This document shows, in pieces, positions 9,953 through 21,358 of a stretch of 64,000 nucleotides of DNA. Source of the stretch: a virus. The notes under the pieces are model-generated. The model saw nothing but the letters and a program-made list of their open reading frames with translations. It did not search any database and was not told where the DNA came from. The first letter of the stretch is position 1, and every line of letters starts with the position of its first letter. A program made the translations under genes and the position numbers. The stretch lies in the IMG/VR virus record IMGVR_UViG_3300009034_000010, positions 1 through 64,000 of that record; one strand, 5' to 3'.

Positions 9953-11131
9953 TTACGAACCAGTGATGTTCACAAGAGCATAGTTGTCGGAATTCTTCAT
10001 GTAGAACGCCTGACGGCTCATTGCCGCCTTAGTCACACTGAAGTTGTCTGGGTTTACAAACTCAGGCAATAACATGTATGGCACGTAGGGCGCATACACA
10101 TAACCGGACTCCAACCAATTCTCTCCTCTGTAACCAACCAAAAACTGGTTTGTTACAGGGAAAAAAGGATCTTTATAAACATCGTATCTTCCGAAAAGCC
10201 TTCCTGCGAATATTCTACCGAAAGCACCTACACCCTGTGGTTCAGTTGCAGGTACAAACGTTTGTGCTCCAAGATCTTCTAATCTCTGAATTTCAGCAGT
10301 TCCACCAATAATAAAATTGGCAGTCCTGTAAATCTTATTAAAGATAAAGTTAGAAGCGGAGTTAAACGCTTTCCGAATCGTTTGATTATAAGCTTCGATC
10401 TCCGTAGGAAGTGCAGAAGTAGGAGTTGCACTCCAATTCGCCGTTCCAGCACTGGCCTGTGTCACCAAATCATAAATGATCTGCTGATCAATTTCCAACG
10501 CAATTTCCCTTGCCATAATATTCAGCAACTCACCAGAAAGACTGATACCATGATATGCACGAAGGTCCTGAGACACCTCAATACCGTACACAGATTTCAA
10601 TTTCTTTGCAGTGGCAGTTACGCTCTCTGAAGTAACTCTAATGTTAACTTCACGTACCGGAGTTTGCAGCTCCCCTGGATCTAACGCATAGTCCTTAGCT
10701 CCCGTAACAGACCTGTCATGAAGACTGGTATCTGCTTGTGGACTGTTCCGTAAATGGTCAATGGTAAAGACCATCGCAGTAGGGAGACTCATCGGTTGAA
10801 CTGACACCAGATTCTTACCAATTGATTTTGCCCAAATTCTCCTAACCAAAGGAAAGGCGAATTTCAGGAACGTGGCAATACCGGGTGAAGCGTTCGTTGT
10901 ACTTTCCGAAACCGATTTCAAGATAGCAGCAGCATTTCCGAAAGGCATATTAAAAGATTCCATAGCACCCTGAATGGTATTATCCATAAGAGTCTCTACG
11001 GTATACTTTTCGAAGTCCGTCCTGATGTCAGAGTAACGTTTACCCTTCTCATCCAGGACCATGTGTTCCCACCTTGCCGCTCTGATTGGGTTATGAAGCC
11101 CCAATCTGCTTTCAAGAGCAAGCATGTCCAT
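9953..11131 (-). CDS. Major capsid protein, T4 gp23-like
   Basis: Motifs PLVRR...VSVQPM..PT, KKLKS...E..QDLRAYHG, EIALEIDQQII, GYVYAPYVP. RBS GAGGAGG precedes ATG 11131. Confidence 0.95.
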   Translation of the reverse strand: MDMLALESRLGLHNPIRAARWEHMVLDEKGKRYSDIRTDFEKYTVETLMDNTIQGAMESFNMPFGNAAAILKSVSESTTNASPGIATFLKFAFPLVRRIWAKSIGKNLVSVQPMSLPTAMVFTIDHLRNSPQADTSLHDRSVTGAKDYALDPGELQTPVREVNIRVTSESVTATAKKLKSVYGIEVSQDLRAYHGISLSGELLNIMAREIALEIDQQIIYDLVTQASAGTANWSATPTSALPTEIEAYNQTIRKAFNSASNFIFNKIYRTANFIIGGTAEIQRLEDLGAQTFVPATEPQGVGAFGRIFAGRLFGRYDVYKDPFFPVTNQFLVGYRGENWLESGYVYAPYVPYMLLPEFVNPDNFSVTKAAMSRQAFYMKNSDNYALVNITGS

Positions 11132-11214
11132 ATTTCTTAACCTCCTCAACATTTTTTATCATAAATTCTTGGCAACTAATTAATTGACTAGATTAACTAA
11201 TGCCGGTTTAACAA

Positions 11215-12465
11215 TTATAAACCAGAAGCACGCCTTTGTTCTGAAACATAAGCAGCCTTGGCTTTATCCGCATCCTCTTCATCAGTAGACCCGTCCTCAC
11301 TGGTGTCAACGCTTTTCCCAGACGTAGTCTTCTTTTTACCGGCACGTTTTTCGATAACAGACGATATAAACTTAATGCGGGAGTCAACTTCATTCTTAGC
11401 ATCCTCTACAGTGGAAACAACCCTACAGATATCAGCGATTTCTGTTTCGCCCATATGCTCTTTGAACTCGGATGCATTCACTGCCGAAACAACAGCATCT
11501 TTAATTTCGCTCTTCACTTTGTCGGCTTCGAGAGCAACATTCTTATCTGTCAATCCTTTATTCTCAGCCGTCAACTCTTCATTTTTCTTAGTAAGATCGG
11601 TTTCACTTTCCTTCAAAGTTTTAATCTCCGAATCCTTAGCGTCAACGATTTTATCGTGCTCCTTAACAGCAGCAACTCTACCGTCGATCTCACCAACTTT
11701 TCTACCTTCCGCAACACCAGCATCGTGTACAGTATTGTACACAGCAGGATGTTGTGCCTTTAATTCCTCAAGTGTCATGGACTTTATACCTCCCTTTTTC
11801 TCTTCCAAATTTTCGTCACACGTATCAGTTTTCTTATCTTCATTAGATTTACCTGATTTACTACCCTCCTTAACAGGAGACATAATTGCGCTTTTAACTG
11901 ATGATGTCAACACGAGATCGAACGTCTCAAGTCGATAATTATCATCAACTACCCACATCTCTTTGAACGTTTTTCCTTTTATAGTAACATTATCGAAGCG
12001 TTTCATACTCCCGAATCCACGAGAGCTTATACCAATCTTTCCTCCACCTTCAACAATAGCTTCAACATCTTTACCACTTACGGTTTTAAATACAAGTAAC
12101 TCACCCTTTACTGTATCACCATCCATCCATAATTTGGTGATTCGATGCGAAACATCTGTTACACCAGATGGTCCACCGTGATCAAAATATCCAGGGTGGT
12201 ATACTTTACCGAGAGCGAGACCAGAAGTTATTCTGGATTGAAACCTGCCAACTTCTCTCGCTAACAATTCCGTCTTGTAGATTCTTTTATTTCCGTTGGG
12301 TACATTCCCTTTCTGAAAAGTTCCAGTTAACTTCAAAAAAGTTTGACTTTCGCCTTTCCCGCCTTCACCCTCGCATAAACTTACCTCCTCATGAGATTCT
12401 ATTACGAAATCTATACTATGCTCTAATAATAAGCTTAATTTAACTTCTGCTAAGACGATATCCAT
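11215..12465 (-). CDS. Prohead protease (T4 gp21-like) fused to a coiled-coil scaffold
   Basis: Motifs NGNKRIY, YHP, VSHRITKL, GISSRGFGS, ETFDLV; charged coiled-coil C-terminal half. Confidence 0.9.
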   Translation of the reverse strand: MDIVLAEVKLSLLLEHSIDFVIESHEEVSLCEGEGGKGESQTFLKLTGTFQKGNVPNGNKRIYKTELLAREVGRFQSRITSGLALGKVYHPGYFDHGGPSGVTDVSHRITKLWMDGDTVKGELLVFKTVSGKDVEAIVEGGGKIGISSRGFGSMKRFDNVTIKGKTFKEMWVVDDNYRLETFDLVLTSSVKSAIMSPVKEGSKSGKSNEDKKTDTCDENLEEKKGGIKSMTLEELKAQHPAVYNTVHDAGVAEGRKVGEIDGRVAAVKEHDKIVDAKDSEIKTLKESETDLTKKNEELTAENKGLTDKNVALEADKVKSEIKDAVVSAVNASEFKEHMGETEIADICRVVSTVEDAKNEVDSRIKFISSVIEKRAGKKKTTSGKSVDTSEDGSTDEEDADKAKAAYVSEQRRASGL

Positions 12466-12510
12466 ATAATAATTCCATTTTAATAATACAAATGAAAAAT
12501 CCCTTCATAT

Positions 12511-12550
12511 ATAATAATGCCAAAAAGTTCCCATATTTTTTACGTTAAAA
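12511..12550 (-). promoter_or_regulatory. Putative phage-specific late promoter, copy 1
   Basis: TTTTAACGTAAAAAA..ACTTTTTGGCATTATTAT upstream of protease/capsid; near-identical to 30615-30654. Confidence 0.65.
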
Positions 12551-12601
12551 TGAAATTTTTTAAAATTTTATATAAAAAAGTTAAAATTATGGTGGTGAAC
12601 C

Positions 12602-14205
12602 TCATCCTTCAATTACCCATTTCAACTCTAATGAATTTTGTGGAGGTTGAAAAGTAAGTGTAGGTATTGTTACTACACTCCAATGACCTAATCCTAACTC
12701 TCCCCAAGAATTATGTCCCCAAGCATAAAGGTCTAATGAATCATTAATCGTCATGCAAGCTTGATAACTGTGTACCGTCTTCACCCAATCTGTGTTAGTA
12801 CCTATTTGAGTCGGAGTAGTATGCCAACTACTGTCCGTAGTTCCTTGACCTAATTGCCCATATACATTGTTTCCCCAAGCCCAAAGTGTCCCGTCAGACA
12901 TAATTCCTGTTGTAGCATGTTCACCACTTGCCACTGATATCCAAGATCCTACACCTACTTGTTGTGGCTCAAAAACTTTATTAAAAATACTTCCAAACCA
13001 AGCGCACCATATTGATTCCAACCCCAACCCCATAATGTTCCGTTATCTTTTATAGCAAAACCATTCGAAGCACCACAAGCAATAGTACTCCAATCAGTAT
13101 CAGTACCTATTTGTGTTGGAGTTAAATAAAGAGGAAGATCATCATCCTGCCCACCTTGTCCTTTATCATTCAACCCAAAAGCCCAAAGTGTACCATCAGA
13201 TTTTATTGCAATAATATGCGCCCATCCTGCTGATACAGTTGTCCAATCCGTATCAGTACCCAATTGTATAGGAGTTGAATGTGGGTCACTATCTGTAGTT
13301 CCACTCCCCAATTGACCAGAATTGTTTCGTCCCCATACCCAAAGTGTACCATCAGCTTTAACTCCTACAGATGAATCACCCCCGGCTGCTGCACTAATCC
13401 ACGTATCAGAACCCAATTTAGCCCATACATTCCTTTTCGTCGTATCCCCTAAACCTAATTCACCATAAGTATTCTGACCGGTAACATATAAGTCTCCATT
13501 CTCCTTAATAGCAAGTGTATGTCCACCACCGACCGCTATATCTTCTCCCCAATCTGTACCTACTCCTATTCTATCAAAAGTATTTATAACATCATAGTAA
13601 CCCCCACCATGTTCACCATTTTGGCTATTACCGCTTGCGTATAACGCTAAACTATTAACCCTTTGTACTACAAAAGATGTATGAGATGAATGTCCCATAA
13701 ACATGGTAATAAAAGGAATAAATGTTGATAAAATTAATTTCCACTTCATTATTAAACTTCCTCCTGCATAAGGTCTCTCTTTTTTCAAAAGCAAAGAAAA
13801 AGAATAGGGAGCACCTTCAGCTTCTCCCATATTCAATTGTTTACCCATTAAACGAACAAAGTCTTCCTGCCCATTAAAATTATTTCTATAATAAAAAACC
13901 CCAGAAGATCCTTTAATAACATATTTAAAGAAATTAGTAAATTCACGTGCTTCAGCTTTAGTTGCCAAAACAACGTTTACATTAAACATCTCTTGGCTAT
14001 AGCCAACGTTCCTAAAATTATATTCATTACCGGCACTCTTAGTTCTCAAAGTCGTCTTAATAATACGTCTACTGGGAACGTTATTCTGAATACCGTGATA
14101 TAGTCTAATAATATTTGCAGGAATATCCGCAGGATGCCAAAATTCTATATGAGGTATTCCGGCATCTAAAAGACTCCATCGAATGTCTAAGGAATTACTT
14201 GGCAT
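12602..14205 (-). CDS. Virion protein: N-terminal tail-like domain + RCC1/BLIP-II-type beta-propeller (indel at ~12993)
   Basis: Repeats of xAGxxHxxAIKxDGTLWxWGxNxxGQLG. ORFs 12955-14205 and 12602-13033 join at LGL/GSIFNK. Confidence 0.8.
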
Positions 14206-14207
14206 TA

Positions 14208-14760
14208 TTAAAGGTCACCTTCTAATTTTATAATTACACTATGAGTAGCCGGAGATGCGCCTGCTGCTATATTACGTCTGACCCAAACGAAAATAATTTC
14301 GCCTGCGTCCAAATTAGCATCGTGAGCACCTTGATCCACACCTAATCCTGTGCCTTTGCTCGTAGCATCACTCCAAGCAGAAACATTTCCTGAACCAACC
14401 GTAGGTGCAGTTGACTCATTGGCAATCGTTTGAGCATTGCCATCCGTATCTCCGCCTGTGGGAACTTCCACAGCAAAGGAAACATCATCATCTGAATCCG
14501 GTATCGGTTTCAATCCAGATTTTAGGAGCTGTTATAGAATCACTACCGTTAGTATTTTTTATACAATAACAACGATACTCTATATCACCTGCTACACGCT
14601 CAGCATCACTTACGTTATCAAATAAATTCTCTAAAACAGCGTCTACAACTTCCGTAGCACTTCGATAATTTCCCAATGCAGCATTAGGGTCAGTTTGTAC
14701 TCCCCCATCGCTTGCTGCGCCTGTCAAGTAATTTTTTATTTCTGAATCTAATACTGCCAT
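14208..14760 (-). CDS. Conserved phage structural protein (split by an indel at ~14495)
   Basis: Motifs DPNAALG...NLFDNVS..E...GDIEYRC and C-terminal WVRRNIAAGA; two overlapping ORFs form one acidic protein. Confidence 0.6.
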
Positions 14761-16717
14761 TAATTAACTCCCATCAAACCTAAGTACACTTCACTGTACT
14801 TATTTAACATAGACTCCAATGAGTAAGCATTAAGTGCTTTCTCATAAGCAATTGCTCCCATAGCTTCCGCTAAATTCCTATCGGATAAACATTTAATATA
14901 TTTTTCACGAATGTATCAACATCAGATGGATCACTTAACAATCCACTTTCACCAGACGTTATCATTTCAGAAATACCAACAAGACTAGAAGCTACTATAG
15001 GTAATTTACATGCCATTGCTTCAATAACTGATAAAGGAAAAGCATCCTCACTCGTAGGATAAAACCAAACTTTCGCTTTATTTATATAGGCTACTAATTC
15101 TCCATAATACATAGGTGGTTTTATAATTAATTTATCCTGTAAACTAAATCGTTTTATATAACCATCAAATCTCGCTTTATACAAATCATAGTCAGGACCA
15201 ACCAAAACAAATTTTACTTTTTTATCAACTGCACACACTCTCTGAACAACACTAAAATAAAGTTCTGGACGATCTGTCAGTTTCAGTATCTTAGATAATC
15301 TTGTATGAGTAACAATAATATTTTCCTTTGGACATTTATTAGGTTTAAAAATACTTGTATCAATACCATTAGGAATAAATATTACCGGAATCTGCGGATA
15401 CCTTTTAGCAGCCCCCTTCATAATTTTATTAGTTAATAAAAACGCTTTGTCATAATTATTAAGATCAGGAAGCTTAGACCCGTGAACAGTACGAACAATC
15501 TTAAGATTTTTAAACTTAGGCATTTTTCTTAATCTTGTAATATCTCTCGAAATTCTACTAACATCACGATGATAATGTATAATATCTGGTCCATAACTAA
15601 CAATAGCGTCAACTATTGGAACGTCTATTTCCGCTGAAACCAATGAATCAAATCTAAAACCTCTAATTTGACTTAAATCATAACCTAAGTCGATTAACGT
15701 GCCACCAGGTTTTACAACTACCACTTTACCTTTCTTACTTACTATAGACTGTGGACTATGAGACGTATTCTTATATCTTTTTAAATTATGATGTTTTGAA
15801 ACTTTTTTATTATAGAAAACTTTAACTTCTTTTCCTACATGTCGCTCAAATATTCCTCGCTTACCAGCCTCAGCTACATATATTGCCATATCAAATGTTT
15901 TACCAAGCAACCCTTTAGCAAGATAAGCTGCGTTTTGCTGAACACCACCTATATTAATATTACTCAAAATATGCATTATTTTTATACGACCACTCTTTCT
16001 ATAAAGAGCAGGTGATTTCTGTTGAACTGACGAGATTATTTTTTTAAGTTTAGGCTTAACACCATGACGTCCCATAAATATTTTTCTATTCCTTATCATG
16101 ACTTTATCGTGATCAAAACCTAAATCATTTCTAAATAAAGTTCTATGACCATAATGATGTATACCGTGATCTAAAACCAAACCGATTGTATACCCTGCTT
16201 TCTTTGCTTTCAAACAAATGTCAGGATCTTCAAAATATGCCGGTTGGAAAATCTCATCAAACAATCCAAGTTTTTGCCATAATTTAGTCTTCATACACAT
16301 GCCACCGGCACCAACATATGTAAATTCTTTTGAATTACCAAACTTCGTTAGTCCGGTACGTAAATCCATAATCTGAGCTTCACAACCCAGAATATCATAT
16401 TTACCGAGTAAAGATTTATATTGATTAAATGTATGATTTTCTCGTTGAAGGATCTGATCATCATCAAGAATCATAGTATACTCGCAATTAGCTAAAGCTA
16501 AACCTTGATTTCTTGATCTAATTACCCCTTGATTAATATTATTCCGTAAAACAACAAGTTTATCATTATCCAAACTACTTAGATAAGACAATGTTTCATT
16601 ACCGTGAGAGTTATCTACTACTATTATTTGTCCTATATCTTTATTTTTAAGAATTATCGCAAAAGTTTGTTTCAAAAAATGAACGCAGCCCATTGTACAA
16701 ATTACAATACTAAACAT
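14760..16717 (-). CDS. Bifunctional glycosyltransferase GT2 + GT4 (C-terminus extended past an indel at ~14890)
   Basis: GT2: SIVI, VVDN, RNQG, LDDD, FED.D. GT4: IGGVQQ, IPNGID, DAFPLSVIEAMACKLPIV. Confidence 0.9.
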
Positions 16718-16722
16718 AAAAA

Positions 16723-17601
16723 TTAACCTCTAAAACATTTTGTCCGTACCTTATAACATTCCACCCAATTACGAACATATTCACAATTAAATCTTTTAAC
16801 CGCAGTATTAAAAAGTTTATCTATATTCACAATGTGTTTCTTACTATACTTCCCGTTCCTCATTGCCACGATATCAATATCAGAAATACAGTTCAATTCT
16901 GGATAAACGGATCGAACGTAACTTAAACAAGTATTATCAGCAGATAGCTTCTGTGGATTAACATGAATAGTTGAAATACCTTTCTTACTATGTCTCCATT
17001 TCACTAAAGTCTCATTTATGTTACCTGCTTTAAATTTCTGAATCCATCTCGCCCATAAATGATAGTCTTGAGCATATTTAATCCTATTATTATACCCGTT
17101 AAGAGTATCGTAGCACTCCTTTTTAAACATCACACTAGTGTGCATAAAAGGATTATTCAACATAGCGTAAAATTGAATCTCGTCATAATTTCTTAAACGC
17201 CTTTTTATACCGAGAAACTTTCCACCATCATCCATAAGCCAAGCATCACTACCACATAAAATCAAGTCATTCTTCACCATGTAGTTTCCTTGATATAACA
17301 AACGATATTCTTCAGATATATCATCAGCATCCATACGAGCAACAAGAGGGGTAGTAACACATTGCATCGCCCGACTTAACGAACGAGTCAAACCTACATT
17401 CTTATTATTACGATACAACTTTATTCTCTTATCAACTTCAGCACAACCTTGTAAGTAACTATAACTACCATCATATGAATAGTCATCCACAATTATAAAT
17501 TCAAAATCTTTAAATGTCTGAAGTTGAATAGAACCTACTGACTCTCTTAAATTAGGCATAGCATTATAAACGGCCATAACCACACTCATTCTAGGTTTCA
17601 T
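16723..17601 (-). CDS. Glycosyltransferase family 2
   Basis: Motifs SVVMAVYN, IIVDD, ARMDADD, HTSVMF, QDY.LW. Confidence 0.93.
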   Translation of the reverse strand: MKPRMSVVMAVYNAMPNLRESVGSIQLQTFKDFEFIIVDDYSYDGSYSYLQGCAEVDKRIKLYRNNKNVGLTRSLSRAMQCVTTPLVARMDADDISEEYRLLYQGNYMVKNDLILCGSDAWLMDDGGKFLGIKRRLRNYDEIQFYAMLNNPFMHTSVMFKKECYDTLNGYNNRIKYAQDYHLWARWIQKFKAGNINETLVKWRHSKKGISTIHVNPQKLSADNTCLSYVRSVYPELNCISDIDIVAMRNGKYSKKHIVNIDKLFNTAVKRFNCEYVRNWVECYKVRTKCFRG

Positions 17602-17606
17602 AAAAA

Positions 17607-18500
17607 CTATCTCCAACTCATAAAAAACTTAACATAAGACTCAACTGTATTTTTCATAGAAAAAAGAGAAATGTCTTTTAAAATATTTTTAACACATTTC
17701 TCATAATTATCAAACACACGCTGTAGATAAAGATGAGTGTCAAATCTGGCTACAGGAATACCATACCTAGTTCCTACTACATCCTCCACCCCACTTAACA
17801 AATAATACATCACCGGCAATCCTGAAGCTAAAGCTTCAATAACTACATTAGAACACGGGTCACGTTTCACAGGAAATACAAGAACATCATGCGTCTTATA
17901 CAATAAAGGTAAACTATCATTTCCCATAGCCGGAACCAATTTAACATTCTCTAAATTCACAGAAGAATTCCATCGACCTACAAACGTACAATCAACTTCT
18001 GTAAATTTAGACAATTGAGCAAACTCTCTAAACCCTTTATCTAAAGAAGTGCTCCAACTAACCATAAGCAACTTTAATTTATGATTATCTTCCCAGAAAT
18101 TAAGTTTTGGATAAAAAATATTCGCATCTACACCATTACTAATTAAAGCAGACGGTTTAGTTACAAAATTATAGTCTTCTTTACAATTCTTACTCTGAAA
18201 AACATAACCATTTACGTAAGGCATTGTTTCTTTAACAAAAGTATCAAAACCATGACGTAACCCATCTAATCTATGAACAACCGCAGCTTTAGACTGACCG
18301 TACTTCTTTATGTCTACTATACTTATTCTTGCTTTCTTTCCTCTAGTATTGGCACCGAACAGAATAGCCTCTGCTCTTTCAGGAATATTAACCAAAGTAA
18401 CACCTTCCATCTCAGCAGCATACTTCTTAAAATTCTTGAAAAAAGTGTTTATGCCTCCCCATGGATCGGAGGTCACTGTATAGTCTACAAAAACTTTCAT
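17607..18500 (-). CDS. Glycosyltransferase family 4-like
   Basis: Motifs PWGG..F, HRLDG, VFQS, ISNGVD, DPCSNVVIEALASGLPV. Confidence 0.9.
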   Translation of the reverse strand: MKVFVDYTVTSDPWGGINTFFKNFKKYAAEMEGVTLVNIPERAEAILFGANTRGKKARISIVDIKKYGQSKAAVVHRLDGLRHGFDTFVKETMPYVNGYVFQSKNCKEDYNFVTKPSALISNGVDANIFYPKLNFWEDNHKLKLLMVSWSTSLDKGFREFAQLSKFTEVDCTFVGRWNSSVNLENVKLVPAMGNDSLPLLYKTHDVLVFPVKRDPCSNVVIEALASGLPVMYYLLSGVEDVVGTRYGIPVARFDTHLYLQRVFDNYEKCVKNILKDISLFSMKNTVESYVKFFMSWR

Positions 18501-18501
18501 A

Positions 18502-19500
18502 TTAAATACCTTTAAAAAAGTCTTTCCAATCTCTTCCTGTAGCACTTAAACAAAGTTCTTCTCTAACAAGTTCTTTATTCTGAGCACCTTGACTACATCT
18601 TAATTCTGTCCCTTGCCAAATTAAACGTTCTAATGCAAGAAACCACTCATCATTAGTACGACAAATATTCTCTTCTTGTAAATAAGGAATATAAGAAGGA
18701 ATTGGTGAGGCCACTACCGGAAGACCTATAGACATTGGGTATGCAATCTTAACTACAGAGTGCCCCATATTATAAACTCTATCCAAATTTCTCGGAGAGA
18801 TTTTAATATCACCCTGCATAAGTTGTTCTGGAAGTTTTGCGTAATCAAACTTAACAAACTCATATGGAATTCCGAGAAAATTACCTGGATCTTTATCTGT
18901 AATATACAGTATTTCTATTGGGTATAAAGTCCATAAATTGAGTAAAGCATTATTTATAAATTTAAGCTCCTTCGCTTTATTGGAATAGCCGCAATATACA
19001 AGCTTAATTATATCGTCTCTTTTTTCTTTATTACAAACTTTCGTATGTTTCTTATTAAATTTTAGAAACCGATCTTCAACAGCATCATTTATAAAGTGTA
19101 CCTTACAATTAAGTAAGCCTCTTCTTAGATATTTCTCATAAGCTGTCTTAAGAAAAGGACTTGACACAGATACATGGTCTACATATCTAAGCATAAATTC
19201 GCAATTTTGTTTTTGGTATGATTCAACACACTCACTATCTAATTCAAGATAGTTAGTACCTATATCAAATACAGTCTTAGTCCCTTCCTTCTTCAACTCA
19301 CGAGCCATATGTTGAGCACGCTCATTAAACACTTTCTGAAAGACTACGATATCGTAATGCTTCTTAGGATTATAAAGTTCAGCATTTATATCCAAATCGT
19401 TTTTAAAAACGTTTATAACGTCATAACAGCGTAAACGAGCAGAAGCTAAAGCATGATTATAATCCCTTCTGCCTATTGTTTCAATACCTATTGTCCTCAT
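18502..19500 (-). CDS. Glycosyltransferase (GT-B fold)
   Basis: Motifs ASARLR, VVFQK, VSSPFL, SIGLPVVASPIPSY. Confidence 0.85.
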   Translation of the reverse strand: MRTIGIETIGRRDYNHALASARLRCYDVINVFKNDLDINAELYNPKKHYDIVVFQKVFNERAQHMARELKKEGTKTVFDIGTNYLELDSECVESYQKQNCEFMLRYVDHVSVSSPFLKTAYEKYLRRGLLNCKVHFINDAVEDRFLKFNKKHTKVCNKEKRDDIIKLVYCGYSNKAKELKFINNALLNLWTLYPIEILYITDKDPGNFLGIPYEFVKFDYAKLPEQLMQGDIKISPRNLDRVYNMGHSVVKIAYPMSIGLPVVASPIPSYIPYLQEENICRTNDEWFLALERLIWQGTELRCSQGAQNKELVREELCLSATGRDWKDFFKGI

Positions 19501-20026
19501 AAAACTTCTCTTTCGATAAAATCATGTTAACTTTGTTGATTGTTCTTCCTGGGTAACATTCAAAATTTTCTTCAAACCCATTAACAACAAAGCCAAGTTT
19601 AATATATAAACCAACAACTTTATTCTCAGCGATAACATCCAATACAATCGCTTCAATTTTAGATGATGTAAAAACACGATCAAAAAGACTTTGTAATATT
19701 AATGTCCCATATCCCTTACCAAGATAATTTTTATTATTTATTCCAAAACGACCGAACTCAATAATTCTACATTCTTTACGATAGTCGATAAAACCAACCG
19801 TTCCAATATAAACGGCACAGGTATGATCGTATACTACAAAGAGTCTATCGTAGTTTTTAACATACTTTTCATACCATGTCAAGTGTTGAGGCCAATTTAT
19901 TAATCTATCGTCAAAAAACCATTTCCTAATTCCAGACATACGAAAGTTAAATAAGAAACTTAAATGCTTTTTATCCACATCTTCTAAAGAAAATCTACCA
20001 CCTATTTTATGTAACATTCTCTTCAT
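19481..20026 (-). CDS. GNAT N-acetyltransferase (PseH/RimJ-like)
   Basis: Motifs QHLTWYEKY, EFGRF, GKGYGT, V..EN...LY.KLGF. Confidence 0.85.
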   Translation of the reverse strand: MKRMLHKIGGRFSLEDVDKKHLSFLFNFRMSGIRKWFFDDRLINWPQHLTWYEKYVKNYDRLFVVYDHTCAVYIGTVGFIDYRKECRIIEFGRFGINNKNYLGKGYGTLILQSLFDRVFTSSKIEAIVLDVIAENKVVGLYIKLGFVVNGFEENFECYPGRTINKVNMILSKEKFYEDNRY

Positions 20027-20771
20027 CTCTTATTCTATAGAAACAACTTAAATCTATTTCTAAAACTGGAAGTTCTTTATATCCTAATTTTTCGATATCA
20101 ATTTTTTTACTTGCATCTAAACTTTTAGCGGTACGATTTTTTAAACCGTAAACCCATCCTGCTTTAGCTATTTTCTCAGCTTCAGATAAAGGCTCTGTAA
20201 ATAATCCTCTTTTTCTAACATAAGATATATCTCTACAAGCTCTTATATAAAATCGATTAAATACGTCTCTTCTATATTGATTAAAGCCGTGATACGCTAT
20301 TATTTCTTTAAAAACAATTCTCTCAACTTTAAGACGCTTTACTATATTAGCGCATATGGCTGCTTCGGGCTTTACAGAATCTCTAATCTTTTTATAAGAA
20401 TACAATAGTTCTTTACTAAATTTACCATTAATAATTCTTAAATCACCAATAGGATTTGGATCAATAGCATCCTTAAGTTTAAAAGTCAACTCCCATACAT
20501 TAGACAGATCTTTCTGTTTCTGTAAAGTTCGAAAACGATCATCTAATAAACCTCTCCAATCTCTTCCGAGAACCATATCAGCATCAATACACAAATACCA
20601 ATCAAAAGAATTTTTTACAGCTTCAATATAACATTGCTTTAAAGCTTCTCTAAAAGGATACACATTACGAATTACTTTAATATCCCCTTTATACAATTGT
20701 TTCTTTAAAGAAGCAATGCATAACTTTTCGGTACGTTCGCCACAACTTCTTATAATAGCTCCTAATTTCAT
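20007..20771 (-). CDS. GT-A fold glycosyltransferase-like protein
   Basis: IRSCGERTEKLC start, WYLCIDADM (DxD), AYHG; sits within the GT cluster. Confidence 0.65.
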   Translation of the reverse strand: MKLGAIIRSCGERTEKLCIASLKKQLYKGDIKVIRNVYPFREALKQCYIEAVKNSFDWYLCIDADMVLGRDWRGLLDDRFRTLQKQKDLSNVWELTFKLKDAIDPNPIGDLRIINGKFSKELLYSYKKIRDSVKPEAAICANIVKRLKVERIVFKEIIAYHGFNQYRRDVFNRFYIRACRDISYVRKRGLFTEPLSEAEKIAKAGWVYGLKNRTAKSLDASKKIDIEKLGYKELPVLEIDLSCFYRIRDEENVT

Positions 20772-20777
20772 ATAAAC

Positions 20778-21347
20778 CTACTTAACTATTTTTACAACAA
20801 TAGTCTCACCTAATTCTAAAAGTTCGTAGTTAACTCCATTGCGTTCAAATATGTCAACTAATTGACTTAACTCAAAAAATTGCTTATCATATTTTCCTGG
20901 AGAAACAAGATTGGCGTTAGGGGTAGTAATTATCGCCCAATTTTTTACCATTTTTTGTATTTTAACAATAAATTTCTCTGGATTATCTACATGCTCAATT
21001 ACTTCACTACAAACAATATACTCAAACCGTTTTCTATGATGTAATTTCTCAAAAGATTGTTGTTTCAATTCCATACGTCCTGTCTCACATGAATCTACAT
21101 ACAATTCTTTCCCCAACTCAATAGCTTTAGAACTGGTATCAATACCGAACACTTTTCTAGTTACACCTTTTTTAAGAAAAAGCTTACATAACAGACCTTC
21201 ACCACAACCAATATCAAGAATAGATTTTGCTTTGCAGCCATTAAATTCTCGTAATATCCTGTTAAGATGATTTCTATACCCATGTTTATTGTTACGAAAC
21301 CAATCTATATGATACGCACCATTTTTATCGTATTTATCAAATTCCAT
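20778..21347 (-). CDS. Class I SAM-dependent methyltransferase (UbiG-like)
   Basis: Motifs ILDIGCGEG, GID, CSEVIEHV, ITTPN. Confidence 0.9.
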   Translation of the reverse strand: MEFDKYDKNGAYHIDWFRNNKHGYRNHLNRILREFNGCKAKSILDIGCGEGLLCKLFLKKGVTRKVFGIDTSSKAIELGKELYVDSCETGRMELKQQSFEKLHHRKRFEYIVCSEVIEHVDNPEKFIVKIQKMVKNWAIITTPNANLVSPGKYDKQFFELSQLVDIFERNGVNYELLELGETIVVKIVK

Positions 21348-21358
21348 AATATCCTCGC

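Noticed and set aside
12511-12550. Sigma54 promoter (TGGCA)
   Set aside because: No TTGC at the -12 position in any copy.
14199-14210. TTGGCATTATTA as a fourth late promoter
   Set aside because: It lacks the upstream CGTAAAAAA element and is just the reverse complement of a stop/start junction.
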